From NCBI GenBank assembly GCA_965205855.1, contig OZ242184.1:608001-672000 (forward strand): 64,000 nt of DNA. Direction: 5' to 3'. Origin of the DNA: Thermodesulfobacteriota bacterium (GTDB taxonomy: Bacteria > Desulfobacterota_D > UBA1144 > Nemesobacterales > Mycalebacteriaceae). Below, in pieces: positions 62,043 to 64,000 of this stretch. Made by a program: the position numbers and the translations under genes. Position 1 is the stretch's first letter; the number at the start of each line of letters is the position of its first letter. The notes under the pieces were generated by a model. The model made no database searches. It was given only the letters and a program-made list of their open reading frames with translations, and was not told the origin of the DNA.

Positions 62043-63698
62043 TTGAATGCGTCAGTCGTAGCAGTTCTTGCCATTGTTCTCTTTTTACTCGGCTACCGTT
62101 TCTACTCGTCATTTCTCGCCCGTAAGGTTTTCAACATCTCCGATGAGGAGATAACCCCCGCCCATGAATTGGAAGACGGCATTGACTATGTTCCGGCTCC
62201 CAAAATGGTTCTGTTCGGACACCATTTCGCCTCAATCGCCGGAGCCGCGCCCATCATAGGACCAGCGATTGCGGTTTTCTGGGGCTGGGTTCCGGCCGTT
62301 CTGTGGGTTGTGTTTGGCACAATTTTCATGGGAGCCGTTCACGATTTCAGCGCTCTTGTGATATCCGCGAGGAACAAGGGCAAGTCTGTCGGGAATATTG
62401 CCGGAGATTTGATTACGCCGCGGGTGCGGACGCTTTTTCTTGTGATTGTCTATTTCCTTATCTTTTTTATAATGGCGGTTTTCGCATACGCGATAGCGGT
62501 TCTGTTTGTGAACTTCCCGTCAAGCGTTCTTCCCGTGAACTTCCAGATTGCAGTCGCGCTTGTTCTCGGATTTATGTTCTACCGCAAAAAAATGCCGATA
62601 ACCGTCCCGACACTTGTCGCTTTGGGGCTACTTGCCGCCGCCGTCTGGGCGGGAACCAAATTCGGTATAACGGTGCCGCCGGTCATGGGCTCTGAGGCGG
62701 CGACATGGGTTGTCATCCTTTTCATATATTCCTTTGTGGCTTCGGTGTTGCCGGTCTGGACTTTGTTGCAGCCCAGAGATTATATCAACAGTTATATGCT
62801 TATTATCGGGCTCGGTCTTCTTGTTGTCGGGCTTTTTGTTTCAAATCTTGAAATTTCCGCACCGGCTTTCAACATGAATTTGGATTCGGATGGAGTGCCG
62901 TTGTTGCCGTTTCTGTTTGTTACAATCGCCTGCGGAGCGGTAAGCGGATTTCACGCGCTTGTTTCAAGCGGAACAACGTCCAAGCAGATTGACAAAATGA
63001 CTCACTGCCGCCCGATTGGTTACGGCTGTATGCTCGGTGAGGGAACGCTTGCGATTATCGCCGTGCTTGCCGTAACCGCAGGTGTGGGGGGATATACCGA
63101 ATGGGCTGAGAGATACGCCACATGGGAAGGCGCGAACAACGGAGGGATTTCAAACTTTGTTTTCGGCGCCTCCGCGTTGCTGGGCGGAATACGCGTGCCT
63201 CAAGAACTCGCGGCGACAGTAATTAGCGTTATGGTTATCAGTTTCGCCTCCACTTCCCTTGATACCGGCACCCGGATACAGCGTCTTATAGTCAGCGAGC
63301 TTGCATCCGCCTACAAGGTTGATTTTCTCAAAAACAGATACGTGGCCACGGCGTTTGCGGTTGTTCCCGCGCTTTTTCTGGCACTGGCCGCCGAAGCGCC
63401 CGGCAAGGGGCCGGGGTCGGGCGGTTTTATTCTCTGGCCGCTTTTCGGCGCGACAAATCAGTTGATTGCCGGCTTTACTCTTCTTGTCGCGACCGTGTAT
63501 CTGTGGAAAACAAAAAGATCCTATGTCTACACGCTTGTTCCGATGGCGGTGGTTATTGTTGTTTCTGTTTTATCGGTTTTTCTGAATATTTTTTACCAGC
63601 ATCAGGGCAACCTTCTGCTGCAGGGGCTTTCAACCTGCATATTGTTCCTTGCTATGTGGTTGATTTTTGAGGCAGTTTCTTTCGTGAGGAGAGGTTAA
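62043..63698 (+). CDS. cstA: Carbon starvation protein A (peptide/pyruvate transporter)
   Basis: DGIDYVP, FGHHFASIAGAAPIIGP, LLQPRDY, TIACGAVSGFH, WPLFGATNQ. Confidence 0.95.
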   Translation: MNASVVAVLAIVLFLLGYRFYSSFLARKVFNISDEEITPAHELEDGIDYVPAPKMVLFGHHFASIAGAAPIIGPAIAVFWGWVPAVLWVVFGTIFMGAVHDFSALVISARNKGKSVGNIAGDLITPRVRTLFLVIVYFLIFFIMAVFAYAIAVLFVNFPSSVLPVNFQIAVALVLGFMFYRKKMPITVPTLVALGLLAAAVWAGTKFGITVPPVMGSEAATWVVILFIYSFVASVLPVWTLLQPRDYINSYMLIIGLGLLVVGLFVSNLEISAPAFNMNLDSDGVPLLPFLFVTIACGAVSGFHALVSSGTTSKQIDKMTHCRPIGYGCMLGEGTLAIIAVLAVTAGVGGYTEWAERYATWEGANNGGISNFVFGASALLGGIRVPQELAATVISVMVISFASTSLDTGTRIQRLIVSELASAYKVDFLKNRYVATAFAVVPALFLALAAEAPGKGPGSGGFILWPLFGATNQLIAGFTLLVATVYLWKTKRSYVYTLVPMAVVIVVSVLSVFLNIFYQHQGNLLLQGLSTCILFLAMWLIFEAVSFVRRG

Positions 63699-64000
63699 AT
63701 TTCTTTTTTCTCCACAATTGCGTTTCTTATCGTTGTCTGGTCCAAGTGCTCAATGTCGCTTCCGGCGGGAACTCCCTGGGAAAGCCGGTAGATTTTTATT
63801 CCGAATTTGTCCGCGCGTTTTTTCAGTATATCAGCTATAAAATTGCATGTCGCAACACTTTCAACGCGGGAGCTTGTCGCCAGTATTACCTCTTTTACTC
63901 TCTTGTCCGTTTGCAGGCGTTTTATGAACTCGCGCAGTTTTAAATCCCCGGGTCCGATACCGTCAATCGGCGATATGAATCCGTGCAAAACATGGTAGAC
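63695..64000 (-). CDS. recR: Recombination mediator RecR (5'-partial)
   Basis: YHVLHGFISPIDGIGP, EVILAT, RLSQGVPAGSDIEHLD. Confidence 0.9.
   Translation of the reverse strand, partial: VYHVLHGFISPIDGIGPGDLKLREFIKRLQTDKRVKEVILATSSRVESVATCNFIADILKKRADKFGIKIYRLSQGVPAGSDIEHLDQTTIRNAIVEKKEI

Overview
Bacterial chromosomal window made up mostly of housekeeping genes in a shuffled order: nth, pckA, fumC, trxA, hisS, detached nuoG-nuoH, panE, pyrF, dprA, rmuC, recQ, glnA, rnc, hom, clpB, cstA and recR. It also holds a stand-alone 23S rRNA gene with its own promoter, boxA and processing stem but no adjacent 16S, tRNA or 5S. Two accessory regions stand out. (1) At ~21.3-30 kb, a secreted trypsin-TPR protein has six 102-bp repeats that differ only non-synonymously. 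It is followed by a decayed four-helix-bundle gene and a type III R-M operon with an AT-rich XRE-ImmA/IrrE + DUF4411-PIN module nested between mod and res; the peptidase gene is broken and the PIN gene intact. (2) At ~44.4-47.4 kb, a lipoprotein/TraT/VMO-I island has internal junction repeats and is bracketed by dRS3/REP-like palindromes. Eukaryote-like and repeat proteins (ankyrin, TPR, VMO-I) suggest a host-associated lifestyle, for example a sponge-symbiont lineage such as Ca. Dadabacteria; this is inference and not verified. All calls come from reading motifs by eye; no searches were run.
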